Source: Halorarum halobium (GTDB taxonomy: Archaea; Halobacteriota; Halobacteria; Halobacteriales; Haloferacaceae). From it: a DNA stretch of 64,000 bases. The translations under genes were made by a program, and so were the position numbers. This document shows positions 1 through 11,040 of the stretch, in pieces. Below the pieces are notes generated by a model. It saw only the letters and a program-made list of their open reading frames with translations. It ran no database searches and was not told the DNA's origin. Positions within the stretch are counted from its first letter, which is position 1. Every line of letters begins with the position of its first letter. The DNA lies in contig NZ_CP134949.1 of NCBI RefSeq assembly GCF_032116555.1, forward strand, positions 2,914,001-2,978,000, written 5' to 3'.

Positions 1-66
1 CGTACGATCGTGAATTTCAGGGATCCCGACGGCCGTCGGTTCCAGGTCGTCTCCTCCGAAGAGTAA
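1..66 (+). CDS. C-terminal end of a probable VOC/glyoxalase family protein (runs off the window start)
   Basis: Frame 1 reads RTIVNFRDPDGRRFQVVSSEE*; F-x-DPDG is the typical VOC C-terminal motif. Confidence 0.55.
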   Translation, partial: RTIVNFRDPDGRRFQVVSSEE

Positions 67-151
67 CAGCATCGACGAGAGCGGAGTCGAACCGACAGGA
101 ACGAGTCTCGTGGTGGAAGAGTAACCGCCCCTCCCACGGGCCTATCGTCGC

Positions 152-1114
152 TTACTCCGGATCGACTGCGAGGTACTCGTCGTTGATCGATTCACCACGA
201 AGGAGTGCGAGCGTGTTACCTGCGAGCATGTTGATCCCTCGCTTCCGGTAGTCCTCGGTCATGGCTGCGACGTGTGGCGTGGTGATGACGGTATCCAGTT
301 CGTGGAGGCGGGAGTGAGACGGCAGCGGTTCCGTCTCGAAGACGTCGAGACCGGCTCCAGCAAGCCGTCCATTGCAGATCGCCTCGATCAACGCGTCCGT
401 ATCGACGATGGGTCCCCGTGCGGTGTTGACGAGGATTGCGTCGTCCTGCATCGCATCGAACGCACCTTCATCGAACGTCCCACGCGTCTCGTCGGTGAGT
501 TCCGCGTTTACAGAGATGAACTCGCTCTCGGAGAGGAGGCGCTCGAACGTGACGAGTTCCGTATCGGTGAGCTCCGACTCGATTTCCTGCACGTACGGAT
601 CATACGCGATCGTGTGGACACCGAACCCCGAGAGGAGCTTTCCGACTCGGCGTCCGATGTTCCCGTAACCGTAGATGCCAACCGTCTTTCCGGATACCAT
701 CGTTCCCAGTGGAGCCGTATCCCGCCAGTTCCCATCCCGAAGAAGCGCCTGTGTCGGTCCGACCTTTCGCGCGACGGCGAGGAGGAGGGCAACGGTGTGT
801 TCAGCGACCGAAAGTGCGTTCATTCCGGGCGTATGCGTAACGACGACTCCCCGTTCACTGGCCGCCTCAAGGTCGACGTTGTCGATGCCCGTACCCAGTT
901 TTGCGACGACACCGAGATCGGTCTCTGCGAGGACCGATTCCGTGACCGACAGCCGGGAAGTGGTGAACAGGACGTCCAGACCGTCTAGTGCGTCGATCAG
1001 CGCCCCTTCGCTCGCGTCGATTCCAATCTCGAGATCGATCTCCGGTGTGACTGCGTCCCGCAGGATTTCGTTGGGCTGAACGTCCTGATCGGCGATCGCG
1101 TGCCACGAACTCAT
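152..1114 (-). CDS. D-isomer-specific 2-hydroxyacid dehydrogenase (SerA/GhrB-like)
   Basis: GTGIDNVD, NALSVAEH, Rossmann GIYGYGNIG, NTARG, LDVFETEP and TPHVA motifs. Confidence 0.92.
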   Translation of the reverse strand: MSSWHAIADQDVQPNEILRDAVTPEIDLEIGIDASEGALIDALDGLDVLFTTSRLSVTESVLAETDLGVVAKLGTGIDNVDLEAASERGVVVTHTPGMNALSVAEHTVALLLAVARKVGPTQALLRDGNWRDTAPLGTMVSGKTVGIYGYGNIGRRVGKLLSGFGVHTIAYDPYVQEIESELTDTELVTFERLLSESEFISVNAELTDETRGTFDEGAFDAMQDDAILVNTARGPIVDTDALIEAICNGRLAGAGLDVFETEPLPSHSRLHELDTVITTPHVAAMTEDYRKRGINMLAGNTLALLRGESINDEYLAVDPE

Positions 1115-1168
1115 GCTCGGTTCTCACAGGCCAAGGATAGTATATATTCCCCTTCGTTCGTTTCTCCT

Positions 1169-1936
1169 CTACTGGATCCGCCTCAGCCGATCTCGAACCG
1201 CCCGCTGAACGGCCCCGAATTCGCTCGCGATGCGGACGATCTGATACCCATCCTCAATCGCGCGAGCAGCAGCGTCGGGGTCGCCTTCGATACATCCGAC
1301 GGGGACGCCGGCGTCGAGGCTTCGGGACCGTACCTCCGCGATCCGCCGCTGGAACTCGGGGTCGTCCTTCTCGAAACCCATCTGCACGGACAGATCCGAC
1401 GGGCCGACGAAGGTGAACCCGAGTTCGGGCACCGATAGGATCTCGTCGAGGGTATCGATTGCACTCGCCTTCTCGATCATGACGCCGACACACACCTGCT
1501 CGTCTTCGGTTTGCAGGTATCGGTCGGTGTTACGCCACGTGTTCGTGCGAGCAGTGGAGTTACCTCGCTCGCCCGGCCCGTCCTCGTACGTATACCGCGC
1601 AGCCTCCACACACCGACGAACTTCAGCGGCGGTGTCGATCCGCGGGACGAGAACGTTCCGGACGCCGGTGTCCAGTACTTTGCGCACGAGTGCCGGATTC
1701 GGTTCCGGAATACGGACTAACAACTCCGTGTCGACGAGTTCGGCGGCACGTGACAGGTTCTCGAGAGCGTGGCTGTCCCATGGGGTAGCGCCGTGATGCT
1801 CGTAATCGAGCCACACGAAGTCGAGCCCGAGTTCGCCGTAGAGTTCGACCAGGCTCGGAGCGAACGTGTCCGCGCTCGCGCCCAGAACGACGGTACCCTC
1901 TTCTAGCTTGGTCCGGAATGAGTTCGTCTGATCCAT
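1169..1936 (-). CDS. HpcH/HpaI class II pyruvate aldolase family protein
   Basis: DFVWLDYEH, LLVRIP, VMIE and FVGPSDLS motifs. Confidence 0.9.
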   Translation of the reverse strand: MDQTNSFRTKLEEGTVVLGASADTFAPSLVELYGELGLDFVWLDYEHHGATPWDSHALENLSRAAELVDTELLVRIPEPNPALVRKVLDTGVRNVLVPRIDTAAEVRRCVEAARYTYEDGPGERGNSTARTNTWRNTDRYLQTEDEQVCVGVMIEKASAIDTLDEILSVPELGFTFVGPSDLSVQMGFEKDDPEFQRRIAEVRSRSLDAGVPVGCIEGDPDAAARAIEDGYQIVRIASEFGAVQRAVRDRLRRIQ

Positions 1937-2259
1937 TTACGTAGCCTCCTCGTTATCGGATTAGTATAGGTATTTGGGAAGAGCCAGCAACCACCGGATA
2001 GGCTCTCGTTCGATGGGAATGCCCGGCTGAGGTCCCACGAACGTCCCTGGTCCACACGACGGCGTGTATCGGGAGTGGAGAGGGCGTTGGACCAATGGAA
2101 GCACGTCGTCCGCTCGGGAGGAGCGCTTCGAGGGAACCCCCCACTGAGACACGGTGGACTCGAGGTTGAACGGAGCTCGGGCTAAATCCATCGAATGTAT
2201 TTGAGTACATCAACCAGTACAGTTATAGTGACTCATCATAGAGGCTGAATCGCAATACC

Positions 2260-3333
2260 ATGGCAGAGAATGACGGTTCACAGGGGCAGGTGCACGATTC
2301 GCCCAGTCGTCGGTCGGTCCTTGCCGGCGGTGCGACGCTCGCAGCAAGCGGGATCGCTGGCTGTATGGGTGGCTCAGGTAGTACGGACGGAGGCGGTTCC
2401 AGTGACCTCACCGAGATCCACATGTTGAACCTAGAGGGGTCGATGTTCGTCCCGGTGTTCTTCTACGGACGGGAACAGAACCTCTGGGAAGATCGCGGGA
2501 TCGACCTCTCGATCGAGGTCGCAGGGTTCGGGAAGTTCTCACGAACCTTCTCGGAGGGGCTCGCGACCGGGCTCTCCCCGCTGTCATCGCTTCCGATGGC
2601 GGGGAACCTGGCGGGCGATACGTCCGTCAAGTGTTTCGGCCAGACGATGAACTTCATCAACCAGTGCTTCGTTCAGGCCGATTCCGACATCCAGGAGCCC
2701 GGTGACCTCGAAGGAATGACAGTCGGCGTTCCCGGTCGGGGCTCGTCAACGACCCGATACTACATCGCGCAGTGGGCGGAACTGTACGATTTCGACCTGC
2801 TCGAAGCGCCGGCCGAGATCGTCGATTCGCCGACGTCGACGCTGTACAACTTCCTCGAAAACGACGAGGAGATCGACGCCGGGATCCTCTTCACTGGAGA
2901 CACGATCAAGGCACTCGCGAACGACGACCTACGCTCCATCTACAATCCGGTTCCCGCGTGGAAGGAGGACCACGGATACCCGCCCTCGGTCACGATGTTC
3001 GGGGTGTACGACGAGTTCCTCGAGACGAACCCGGGCGTCGTGATGGACTTCTGGAACGGCTGGGTCGAAGCGGTGGAACTGTTCCGAGACGAGTTCGACC
3101 AGGCGATGAACCAGTATGGGGCAGTCGGGGGAATCGACCTCTCCTCGGACGGGGAAGTCGAACAGGTTCGCAGCCTGGTCGAGAACGGGCAGCTGTTCCC
3201 GACCGAGTGGAACGAGGACTGGATCGAAATGAACGCGAACCTCTTCGAACTCGTCGCACAGCACGGGGGGCTGGAGGCCGCTCCGGGAACGGACCAGTTC
3301 CGGACACACGAACAGATTCAGGAAACCTCATGA
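2260..3333 (+). CDS. ABC transporter substrate-binding lipoprotein (NMT1/SsuA/TauA type)
   Basis: Tat motif SRRSVL and lipobox IAGC; DLEGMTVGVPGRGS motif; first gene of a NitT/TauT ABC operon. Confidence 0.88.
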   Translation: MAENDGSQGQVHDSPSRRSVLAGGATLAASGIAGCMGGSGSTDGGGSSDLTEIHMLNLEGSMFVPVFFYGREQNLWEDRGIDLSIEVAGFGKFSRTFSEGLATGLSPLSSLPMAGNLAGDTSVKCFGQTMNFINQCFVQADSDIQEPGDLEGMTVGVPGRGSSTTRYYIAQWAELYDFDLLEAPAEIVDSPTSTLYNFLENDEEIDAGILFTGDTIKALANDDLRSIYNPVPAWKEDHGYPPSVTMFGVYDEFLETNPGVVMDFWNGWVEAVELFRDEFDQAMNQYGAVGGIDLSSDGEVEQVRSLVENGQLFPTEWNEDWIEMNANLFELVAQHGGLEAAPGTDQFRTHEQIQETS

Positions 3334-3367
3334 ACCGCCGTCGGGAAGCAGGAGCTAACGCAACCAG

Positions 3368-4201
3368 ATGACAACAAACGCTCGCTCAACGCGGTCGACG
3401 GTGACCGAGAGACTTCGTGACTCGCGGCTGTACCAGCCGAGTTTGATCGCGATCGCGCTGTTTCTTGGGGGGTGGCAGCTCGTCTCCCAATCGTTCGACC
3501 CATCCGTGTTCCCCGGGTTAGCACTGCTCGCGGATAACATATGGATGGTCCTGACGGAGGAGACCCAGTTCGGGTTCATCGAGAATCTGCGTCCCTCAGT
3601 TATCCGGATCGCGGTCGGGTTCAGTCTCTCTATGATCATCGGAGTCGTTCTAGGGACGAGCATGGGGATTTATCCCGTGTTCGAGGAGTACGTCACCGCC
3701 CCCGTGATGGCGGTAATGACGTTCCCCGCGGTCGTGTGGGCGTTCCTTGGTGTTCTCTGGTTCGGAATCACCGACTACGTCGTGTCGATATTCGTGATCA
3801 CGCTCGCGGTGGCCCCGTACGTGGCAGTGAACATCTGGAAAGGGGCGGAAGCCGTAGACCACGAGATCGTCGAGATGGCGGAGACCTTTGAAGCGTCCCG
3901 CATCAGCAAGTGGCGGCACATCCACATACCGCACCTGCAGCCGTTCACGTTCTCATCGGCACGGCTCGCGTTCGCGCTCTCGTGGAAGATCTCGCTGATC
4001 GCGGAGGTGTTCGGCGCGACCTCCGGAGTGGGATACGTCGTCGACTACTACTTCCAGACGCTCCGGGCCGATATGGTCATCGCGTGGGCACTCCCGGTCA
4101 TGATCGGGATGTTCCTCGTCGAGCGGATGTTCAAACGCCTGGAAGAGCGGTCGTTCGAATGGCGTCCCGAACTCGAGGAAAGCGCCGGACAGAGGCGATA
4201 A
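3368..4201 (+). CDS. NitT/TauT ABC transporter permease
   Basis: Multiple TM helices, EAA-like loop EMAETFEAS, C-terminal AEVFGATSGVG. Confidence 0.9.
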   Translation: MTTNARSTRSTVTERLRDSRLYQPSLIAIALFLGGWQLVSQSFDPSVFPGLALLADNIWMVLTEETQFGFIENLRPSVIRIAVGFSLSMIIGVVLGTSMGIYPVFEEYVTAPVMAVMTFPAVVWAFLGVLWFGITDYVVSIFVITLAVAPYVAVNIWKGAEAVDHEIVEMAETFEASRISKWRHIHIPHLQPFTFSSARLAFALSWKISLIAEVFGATSGVGYVVDYYFQTLRADMVIAWALPVMIGMFLVERMFKRLEERSFEWRPELEESAGQRR

Positions 4202-4203
4202 CT

Positions 4204-5043
4204 ATGGAACTCAAGATACGCAATCTCACGAAAACGTTTGAAGAGCCCAGCGGGGACCGACTTGTCGTCCTCGACGACATCAGCTTCCCCGTCGAAGTAG
4301 GTTCCTTCACGAGCATCATGGGCCCGTCCGGATGTGGCAAGTCGACGCTACTGAACATCCTCGCTGGGCTCCATACGTACGATGACGGGAAGATCGAGTG
4401 GGAGGGGAGTGTCGTTGATCCGGGGGATCTCCCGGTCGGGTACGTCTTTCAGGAGCCCCGTCTCCTGAACTGGCGCACCGTCGAGGACAACATCAAATTC
4501 GCACTCAACGCCCAGGGGGTTCCCGAGAAAGAACACGAGGATCGGATTCACGACGTCCTCACGACCGTCGGACTCGCGGACGAAAAGCAGTCATACCCAC
4601 TCCGTCTCTCGGGTGGGATGCGACAGCGCGTCGGCATCGCCCGCGCGCTAGCCGTCGATCCGGATATCCTCCTGATGGACGAACCGTTTAGCGATCTCGA
4701 CGAACTCACCGCACGAAATCTTCGCGACGACCTCATCGAACTCTGGCAGGAGACAGGAAAGACCATCGTCTTCGTGACCCACGACATCAGCGAAGCCGTC
4801 TACCTCTCCGATGAGATCAAGTTCCTGGACACGATGGGACTCCTGTTCAACGAGGTCAGCATCGACCAGCCCCGTCCACGGAAGCCGAACGACTCCGAGC
4901 TGCTCCAGATCGAGTCCGACCTCATGGACACGTTCTTCGCTCGGATGGAGGAGATCGACGCCAACGAGGCGATGACGCGGGACGACGAAGACGCCGAACG
5001 GACCTCACAGGCCGCCAGTTCGGGGGGCCCCGATGTCGTCTGA
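4204..5043 (+). CDS. NitT/TauT ABC transporter ATP-binding protein
   Basis: Start at ATG 4204 (MELKIRNL); Walker A GPSGCGKS, signature LSGGMRQ, Walker B LLMDEPF. Confidence 0.93.
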   Translation: MELKIRNLTKTFEEPSGDRLVVLDDISFPVEVGSFTSIMGPSGCGKSTLLNILAGLHTYDDGKIEWEGSVVDPGDLPVGYVFQEPRLLNWRTVEDNIKFALNAQGVPEKEHEDRIHDVLTTVGLADEKQSYPLRLSGGMRQRVGIARALAVDPDILLMDEPFSDLDELTARNLRDDLIELWQETGKTIVFVTHDISEAVYLSDEIKFLDTMGLLFNEVSIDQPRPRKPNDSELLQIESDLMDTFFARMEEIDANEAMTRDDEDAERTSQAASSGGPDVV

Positions 5044-5875
5044 GACCGAACCAGGGGCAACGGCCCGGGGGAGCGCGCTCGGCCGGTCGCTTCCCGAAAA
5101 CATCCACGGGAAGGCTCTCGCCCGCGGCAAGCAGATCCTCGTCCCGTTGTTCGTACTGGTCATCATGTGGCACGTCGGGGCGGTCCTGCTCAGAGACCCG
5201 ACCCAGCTTCCCACTCCGGCCGCGACGTTCGCCCAGACGTACGAGGTCTTTACCACGACAGACTTTCGCGGGCTGACCGTCGTCCATCACCTCCAGCTGA
5301 CGCTCCAACGGGCACTCCTGTCGAGCACCGTTGCGATCGTCCTTGCGATGGCCGGCGGTATCCTGATGTCGACCAACGAACTCTTCGAGGACTCCGTGGG
5401 CAGCTGGTTGCCGTTCTGGATGACGACGCCGACGGTTGTCATCATCCTGCTCGCGATGGTCTGGTTCAGTTTCAGCGAAACGGCAGTCTACTTCGCGGTC
5501 ATCGTCGCGTCAACGCCGTTCGGCACGGTGAACATGTGGGAGGGTGCAAAGGACGTCGACACGAAACTGCTGACGATGGCTGATACTTTCGATGCGAGTT
5601 CGGCGAGTGTCTGGCGGCACATTTACCTGCCGCACCTCCTCCCGTATTTCTTCGGAAGTTACCGATACGTCCTCGGGATGGTATGGAAAGTCGTCGTGCT
5701 CGCCGAGGTGTTTGGGCTTTCCTCCGGGATCGGGGCGATGTTCCGGTACTACTTCCAGCAGGGGGAGATCATCATGGTCTTCGCCTACCTGATCCCGTTC
5801 ATCGTGATCGTCCTCACGATCGAATACGGCGTGTTGAAGCCGCTCGAAACGTATCTGTTCCGCTGGCGGGACTAG
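5033..5875 (+). CDS. Second NitT/TauT ABC transporter permease
   Basis: Paralogous to 3368..4201 (WRHIYLPHL, AEVFGLSSGIG); overlaps the ATPase stop. Confidence 0.9.
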   Translation: MSSETEPGATARGSALGRSLPENIHGKALARGKQILVPLFVLVIMWHVGAVLLRDPTQLPTPAATFAQTYEVFTTTDFRGLTVVHHLQLTLQRALLSSTVAIVLAMAGGILMSTNELFEDSVGSWLPFWMTTPTVVIILLAMVWFSFSETAVYFAVIVASTPFGTVNMWEGAKDVDTKLLTMADTFDASSASVWRHIYLPHLLPYFFGSYRYVLGMVWKVVVLAEVFGLSSGIGAMFRYYFQQGEIIMVFAYLIPFIVIVLTIEYGVLKPLETYLFRWRD

Positions 5876-5929
5876 CGCTACCGTTCCATCGAAGGCAGGT
5901 TGCGGTTCGACCTTTCCCTGTGGACCCGT

Positions 5930-6607
5930 TCAGATGTCGCTTCCGAACTCGTGGTACACCCGAAGGATGTCCGCGTTGGTCACGTCCGCGGGCCCGCCGT
6001 GATGACAGAGGACCGTATCGATCGCCAGGTCCGTTAGCCGTCCGATGGATTCGTGTGCCGTCTCGAGGTTCGGCGTCATTTCGAGGTTCGGCCCCCCGAA
6101 TCCACCCTCGTTGTACAGCAAGTCCCCCGCGATGAGAACGTTCTCCTCCTCGAAGTAGAAGACGAGATGCCCCGGTGCGTGGCCCGGCGTGAAGATGGCC
6201 CGAAGCGGGCCTGCGTGGGTCCGGAACCGAGCGCCATCCGTGAGTTCGAGGTCGACGGAGACTCCCGGATACGGCTCCTCAGGGCGCTTCAACATTTTCA
6301 CCTCACCACTAACGTACGGGGCGGCATACTCGTGTGTGACGATTTCTGCCTCCGTTCGTTCGGCGACGGGGGCGAGACATCCCAGGTGGTCGTAGTCCTG
6401 GTGAGTCAGGACGATCGTATGGACGTCCTCGTATGAGAATCCGTGCTCGGCAAGTGCATCAGCGAGGATGTCCTCGTCGCTGGGGCCGCCGACGTCGAAC
6501 AGGAGGAGGCCACGGCGCGTCTCGACGCCGGTAATGTAGAACGTCCGTTCGTTTCCGAAGTACGTTGTTTCGACTGGGAAAACGTATACGTGGTCGCGTA
6601 TCTCCAT
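5930..6607 (-). CDS. MBL-fold metallo-hydrolase
   Basis: THQDYDHLG (variant of HxHxDH), TPGHAPGH, AGD and CHHG motifs. Confidence 0.88.
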   Translation of the reverse strand: MEIRDHVYVFPVETTYFGNERTFYITGVETRRGLLLFDVGGPSDEDILADALAEHGFSYEDVHTIVLTHQDYDHLGCLAPVAERTEAEIVTHEYAAPYVSGEVKMLKRPEEPYPGVSVDLELTDGARFRTHAGPLRAIFTPGHAPGHLVFYFEEENVLIAGDLLYNEGGFGGPNLEMTPNLETAHESIGRLTDLAIDTVLCHHGGPADVTNADILRVYHEFGSDI

Positions 6608-7514
6608 ATCCAGACCTCTACAGCGAACTCCTTAACGGTTCTGTCATCAGTAATCTTCGGCCGTTCCGTGATCGTGTCCAAAAAATCAGTGTGTCCGGAC
6701 GGACTGCCGAACACTCCCGCAAAAACAGAATGTCCACTGCTTGCGGGCGAGGACGGCAGTGATCTCCCGGGTCGCCCGACTGACGACGTTCTAACGTTGC
6801 TCGCACGCCGAACTGAGTCCGCTTTCGAGTAGTGTTCAAATAATCTGATTCCACGCGAAGACGAACGCTTACTGACCAGTTCTCGACGACCTGGTTTCGG
6901 CATGGATGGAAATATTTGAGAACCGTCTTGTTCGACGTTTTGGTTTTCAGAGAACACGTTTCCGCCGTCCCGATTCCCGCGGAATTCGTGCTGGAACGGA
7001 AGCCCGTACCAGTGTCAGGCTGCCTGCAACGACGACGTGCCGTCGACGAGAAAGACCGCGTCGTTGACGGGATATCTCGCGAAGTTCGGTCCGGACAGTT
7101 CGGTCGGGGGCTGTTTTTAGTCATGACTATTCGGCGTGGGACAACCGAATGGTGGTGGATTGACAGCGGCGTGCGGCCAGTATCGCTCGTCGTCGAGCGG
7201 GACCACGGTCTCGTCGACTGGGACGTGATCCGGATCAGTACCACCATTCGACCGTCGATCGGCGTACCGAATCCGGTTGTAAACGGGCGAGCGACGACGA
7301 TCCACACTATACCTATCAAATATATGCTATATATGAATGGGATAGTTCTGCCGGAGATGGGACTCGGTGTCACGGCGACCTTCCACGATATGAAGAATAT
7401 GATTACTGCATGGATTCAGTATATGTGGGCATCATTCGGTGGCAGTTCCTCGTCGATCACCGGATACAACAGGCGAACTATGGAAGGTGGAACCGATTTA
7501 TGCAGCGGTCGATG

Positions 7515-7904
7515 AGTCGATCGATTCGTGATCCGACGGACTGTTCTCACACTCGGGACACCGCGTCGTGATGATCGGCACCCGGATCCGGGAGCGGACC
7601 CGCCGTCCTGCACCTACCGGTCGAACTCAATCTGCAGGGTTCGATACCCAGCGACCCTGGTCGCTGCTGGACACTGGAGTGCAATGAGCAGCGTATTTCG
7701 ATGTGAGTAGTCGTGAACGCGGCTCTGGACGGCGAGCCACCGCTCGAACTGCTCGCTCGCTCTCGCATCAGAGATTCCGTCCACGAGTTCGTGTGCCCAT
7801 GTTTCGATCGTGCTGTGCATCTCGTCGTCACGGTCGTCCGAGTCGGTGAACGAAACCGGTGCCTCCGGCTCGTCCAGTGTGGCGTCAGTGAATTTTGCAG
7901 GCAT
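7515..7904 (-). pseudogene. Truncated ArdC-like ssDNA-binding domain gene of haloarchaeal plasmids
   Basis: HDYSHRNTLLIALQCPAATRVAGYRT, in-frame stop at 7614-7616, frameshifted continuation PIITTRCPECENSPSDH, then similarity is lost. Confidence 0.75.
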
Positions 7905-8614
7905 TTCTTTCTCGCTCCGCACCCATCGGGAGCGGATAAACTGGCTGTGCTACCTCACGGATACTGGCCTGTGATACGTCAGACACTCCTCCCCGTACTC
8001 TTCCATCTCGAGTGCTCGTAGCGTCAGGACGCAGGAACGTGTTGATCGAAACACAAGACATACTCAAAATACGATAATTCTCGGTTTATAATTTTTTGTG
8101 GGTATATAAAACAGCATATTCGCTTGTAGGTTCATTCTCGGATTAGCGTCCGTGGAGAGACTGTCTTCCGGAGGGAGCAACCGTCAATCGGCGAAGAATG
8201 ATCGAAGAGACCGTCGAACTGCACCACAGCGACGAGTGAGTATTCACTCGAGGAGAGCAGGTGTGTTCCCCAGGCCTTTGACAGAGTTGTCATCAAGACT
8301 GTTCCCCCTGTTGTATCGGAGTACTGCGTTTTCCTAACGAAAGCTCAGTTCAGGTAGTGCCGTAGCATGACGAGAAGTGATTCGTTCTACTCGATCCCGA
8401 ATGCTCTGCCACCATACATAATCCAAAATTCATAATAGTATAATGTATAACTAAATTTTTATGCTTCTGTGGATCCAGCGTCACCATGGCTCGACAATCG
8501 GCTGCTCCACACACAGCGCAAGCACTGGTAGTGCCTCGTGACTCGACGAGACGAACCATGGGGCAGCGATGAGCCACCCAAATCCTGATTGGAGGGGACG
8601 CCATACGGATTCGT

Positions 8615-8857
8615 ATGAGATCCAGCCGAGGTCGGAGACGCGGTCGAGCCAAGATCGCGCTCGGACTCTCGATCCTGTTCGCTGTCGGCCTCGTCGGCTA
8701 TTTCGCCCTCGCCGGGACGCCGGTCACTGGTATGCTCCTCGGAATCCTCGTGGTTGGGGCTGGTGGCTGGGAGTACCGCCGAACACTCCAGGACGTTCGA
8801 ACCGCAGAGCGCTACGAAGCAGAGGCCGAAGCGAGCGCCCGAGAGGGTCGGCGCTAA
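8615..8857 (+). CDS. Small membrane protein, two TM helices
   Basis: Basic N-terminus, two hydrophobic stretches, charged tail. Confidence 0.55.
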   Translation: MRSSRGRRRGRAKIALGLSILFAVGLVGYFALAGTPVTGMLLGILVVGAGGWEYRRTLQDVRTAERYEAEAEASAREGRR

Positions 8858-8920
8858 GCGGCTGTCCAGAAAAGACGCGTATCGCGATGAACCCATTCTG
8901 GGGTGAGTGACACGCGCTTT

Positions 8921-9973
8921 TTATGACGGGGATCTATCGGAATCGAGCGTGGCCTCGATCGGGTCCCCCTCCTCATAGAGGTGACACGCCACACGTCGAT
9001 CATCGGCAACGTCCCGCTTTTCCGTGAGCGGAGGGACCACCTGATCACAGACATCGCCGATGTACTCCGAGCAGCGATTCTTGAATCGGCAGCCGGTCGG
9101 AACGTCGATCGCGTCACCGACTTCGCCCTCGAGCTCGACACGTTCTCGGTCCGCACGCGGGTCAGGGACCGGGACGGCATCGATGAGCGAGCGCGTATAC
9201 GGATGTTTCGGGTCAGTGATGATCTGTTCTGTTGGCCCCTGCTCGACGATCTTCCCCATGTACATGATCGCCAGTCGATCGCACATGTGCCGGAGGAGCG
9301 AGAGGTCGTGACTGATGTAGACGACGGAGACGTTGAACTCGTCAGTGAGCCGTTCCAGCAGCGAGAGGACGCCCGCCCGCAGGCTGACGTCGAGCATCGA
9401 CACCGGTTCGTCGGCGACGATGAAGTCCGGATCGATGACGAGCGCCCGTGCGATGGCGAGCCGCTGTCGTTGGCCACCGGAGAGCTCGTGAGGGTACTGG
9501 TCGAAGAACTTTCGCGCCGGCGTCAGTTCAGCGAACTCGAGCGCCCGCTCGACCCGCGCCTGCTGGTTCGGAACGTCGTGGATTCGGAGCGGCTCGACGA
9601 CGGTGTCATAGACCGTTCTGAGCGGATTGAGACTTTCGAACGGGTCCTGGAAGATCATCTGGGCGTTCTGCCGGAAGTCTGCTAGTTCCGACCCACTCTT
9701 CTGTGCGATGTCTTCGCCGTCATACGTGATCGAGCCGTCTGTCGGGTCGTAGAGCTTCACGAGCGACATCCCTGTCGTCGTCTTCCCACACCCGGACTCG
9801 CCTGCAATCCCGAACGTCTCCCCTCGGCGTAGTTCGAACGACACGCCGTCGACGGCGTGAACACGCCGAGGCTCACGGCCACGAACCCGGTTCATGACGT
9901 CCGTGAGGAGGCCACTCTCGACGTCGAAGTGTTTCTGGAGCTCCTCGACCTCGACGAGCGTCTCATCACTCAT
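8921..9973 (-). CDS. Oligopeptide/dipeptide ABC transporter ATP-binding protein (OppF/DppF type)
   Basis: Start MSDETLVEV at 9973 overlapping the upstream stop; GESGCGKT, LSGGQRQ, HPYT, GCRFKNRC...VACH. Confidence 0.93.
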   Translation of the reverse strand: MSDETLVEVEELQKHFDVESGLLTDVMNRVRGREPRRVHAVDGVSFELRRGETFGIAGESGCGKTTTGMSLVKLYDPTDGSITYDGEDIAQKSGSELADFRQNAQMIFQDPFESLNPLRTVYDTVVEPLRIHDVPNQQARVERALEFAELTPARKFFDQYPHELSGGQRQRLAIARALVIDPDFIVADEPVSMLDVSLRAGVLSLLERLTDEFNVSVVYISHDLSLLRHMCDRLAIMYMGKIVEQGPTEQIITDPKHPYTRSLIDAVPVPDPRADRERVELEGEVGDAIDVPTGCRFKNRCSEYIGDVCDQVVPPLTEKRDVADDRRVACHLYEEGDPIEATLDSDRSPS

Positions 9974-11006
9974 GGGAGATCCCTCCCAGCGAGCCGCCGT
10001 CATCCTGCCACGTCTCGGCTTGGTTTGCGACCGGCCGCAGCGCCGAATCAACGTCATCCGTGTGATGACAGTATGTTCGGAGCGACTCTCGCTTCTCCTC
10101 CGGTGGAGCGACCTCGGTGCACTCACTCGTGGCCATCGGACAGCGCTCCGCAAACCGGCATCCCATCGGTGGGTCATGGAGATCAGGTGGATGTCCGCCG
10201 ATCGTCACGAGATCTTGATCCGCCATCTGAATGTTGGGGAACGCACTCTTCAGGCCGATCGTGTACGGATGATATGGCTGTTCGAATATCCGCTCTGCAG
10301 GGCCTTCCTCTGCGACTTTACCGGCGTACATGACGACGACGCGATCACACGTCTCGGCGACGACCGCGACGTCGTGTGTGATCACCATCATCGACGCGTT
10401 CGTCTCCAGCTGGATCTCGTTGATCCGTTTCAGGATCTGATCCTGCATGATGACGTCGAGCGCCGTCGTCGGTTCGTCTGCCAGGATGAGCGACGGTTCG
10501 AGGACCAGTGCCATCGCAATCATCGCTCGCTGGCGCATCCCACCCGAGAACTGGTGTGGATAGTCGGTCTGGCGGTCGCGGTCCAGCCCGACGAGGTCGA
10601 ACATTTCGTCGATTCGATCCTGGGCATCAGTTTGGCCCATCGCCGGATGGTGGGTATCGATCGCTTCCATGATCTGTTCACGGATGGTGTAGACGGGGTC
10701 GAGCGCGTTCATCGCCGACTGAGCGATCATGGAAATTTCGTCCCACCTGAGTTCGCGTCGACGACGATCGGGCATGTCGGTAAGATCCTCGCCATCGAAT
10801 CGGATTTCCCCGCCGTTGATGTAGCCGTTCGGGGGGAGGATGCCGATGATTGCCTTCGCCAGCGTGCTCTTTCCACAGCCGCTTTCACCAACGATCCCGA
10901 GATTCTCGCCGGCCTCGATATCGAAGCTGACGCCGTCGACTGCTTGTACTGTTCCCTCGTCCGTCTCGTAGTAGACTTCCAGATCCCGTACCTCGAGCAT
11001 CGTCAC
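9966..11006 (-). CDS. Oligopeptide/dipeptide ABC transporter ATP-binding protein (OppD/DppD type)
   Basis: [35 protein letters not shown]. Confidence 0.93.
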   Translation of the reverse strand: MTMLEVRDLEVYYETDEGTVQAVDGVSFDIEAGENLGIVGESGCGKSTLAKAIIGILPPNGYINGGEIRFDGEDLTDMPDRRRRELRWDEISMIAQSAMNALDPVYTIREQIMEAIDTHHPAMGQTDAQDRIDEMFDLVGLDRDRQTDYPHQFSGGMRQRAMIAMALVLEPSLILADEPTTALDVIMQDQILKRINEIQLETNASMMVITHDVAVVAETCDRVVVMYAGKVAEEGPAERIFEQPYHPYTIGLKSAFPNIQMADQDLVTIGGHPPDLHDPPMGCRFAERCPMATSECTEVAPPEEKRESLRTYCHHTDDVDSALRPVANQAETWQDDGGSLGGISHE

Positions 11007-11040
11007 TGTCGTTCACCTCCACACGGTGCCGTCACTTGAT

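Noticed and set aside
6618..7515. Overlapping ORFs of 183-251 aa between the MBL gene and the ArdC-like relic
   Set aside because: Arg/Ser-rich, non-acidic composition and no motifs; at most unidentifiable gene debris
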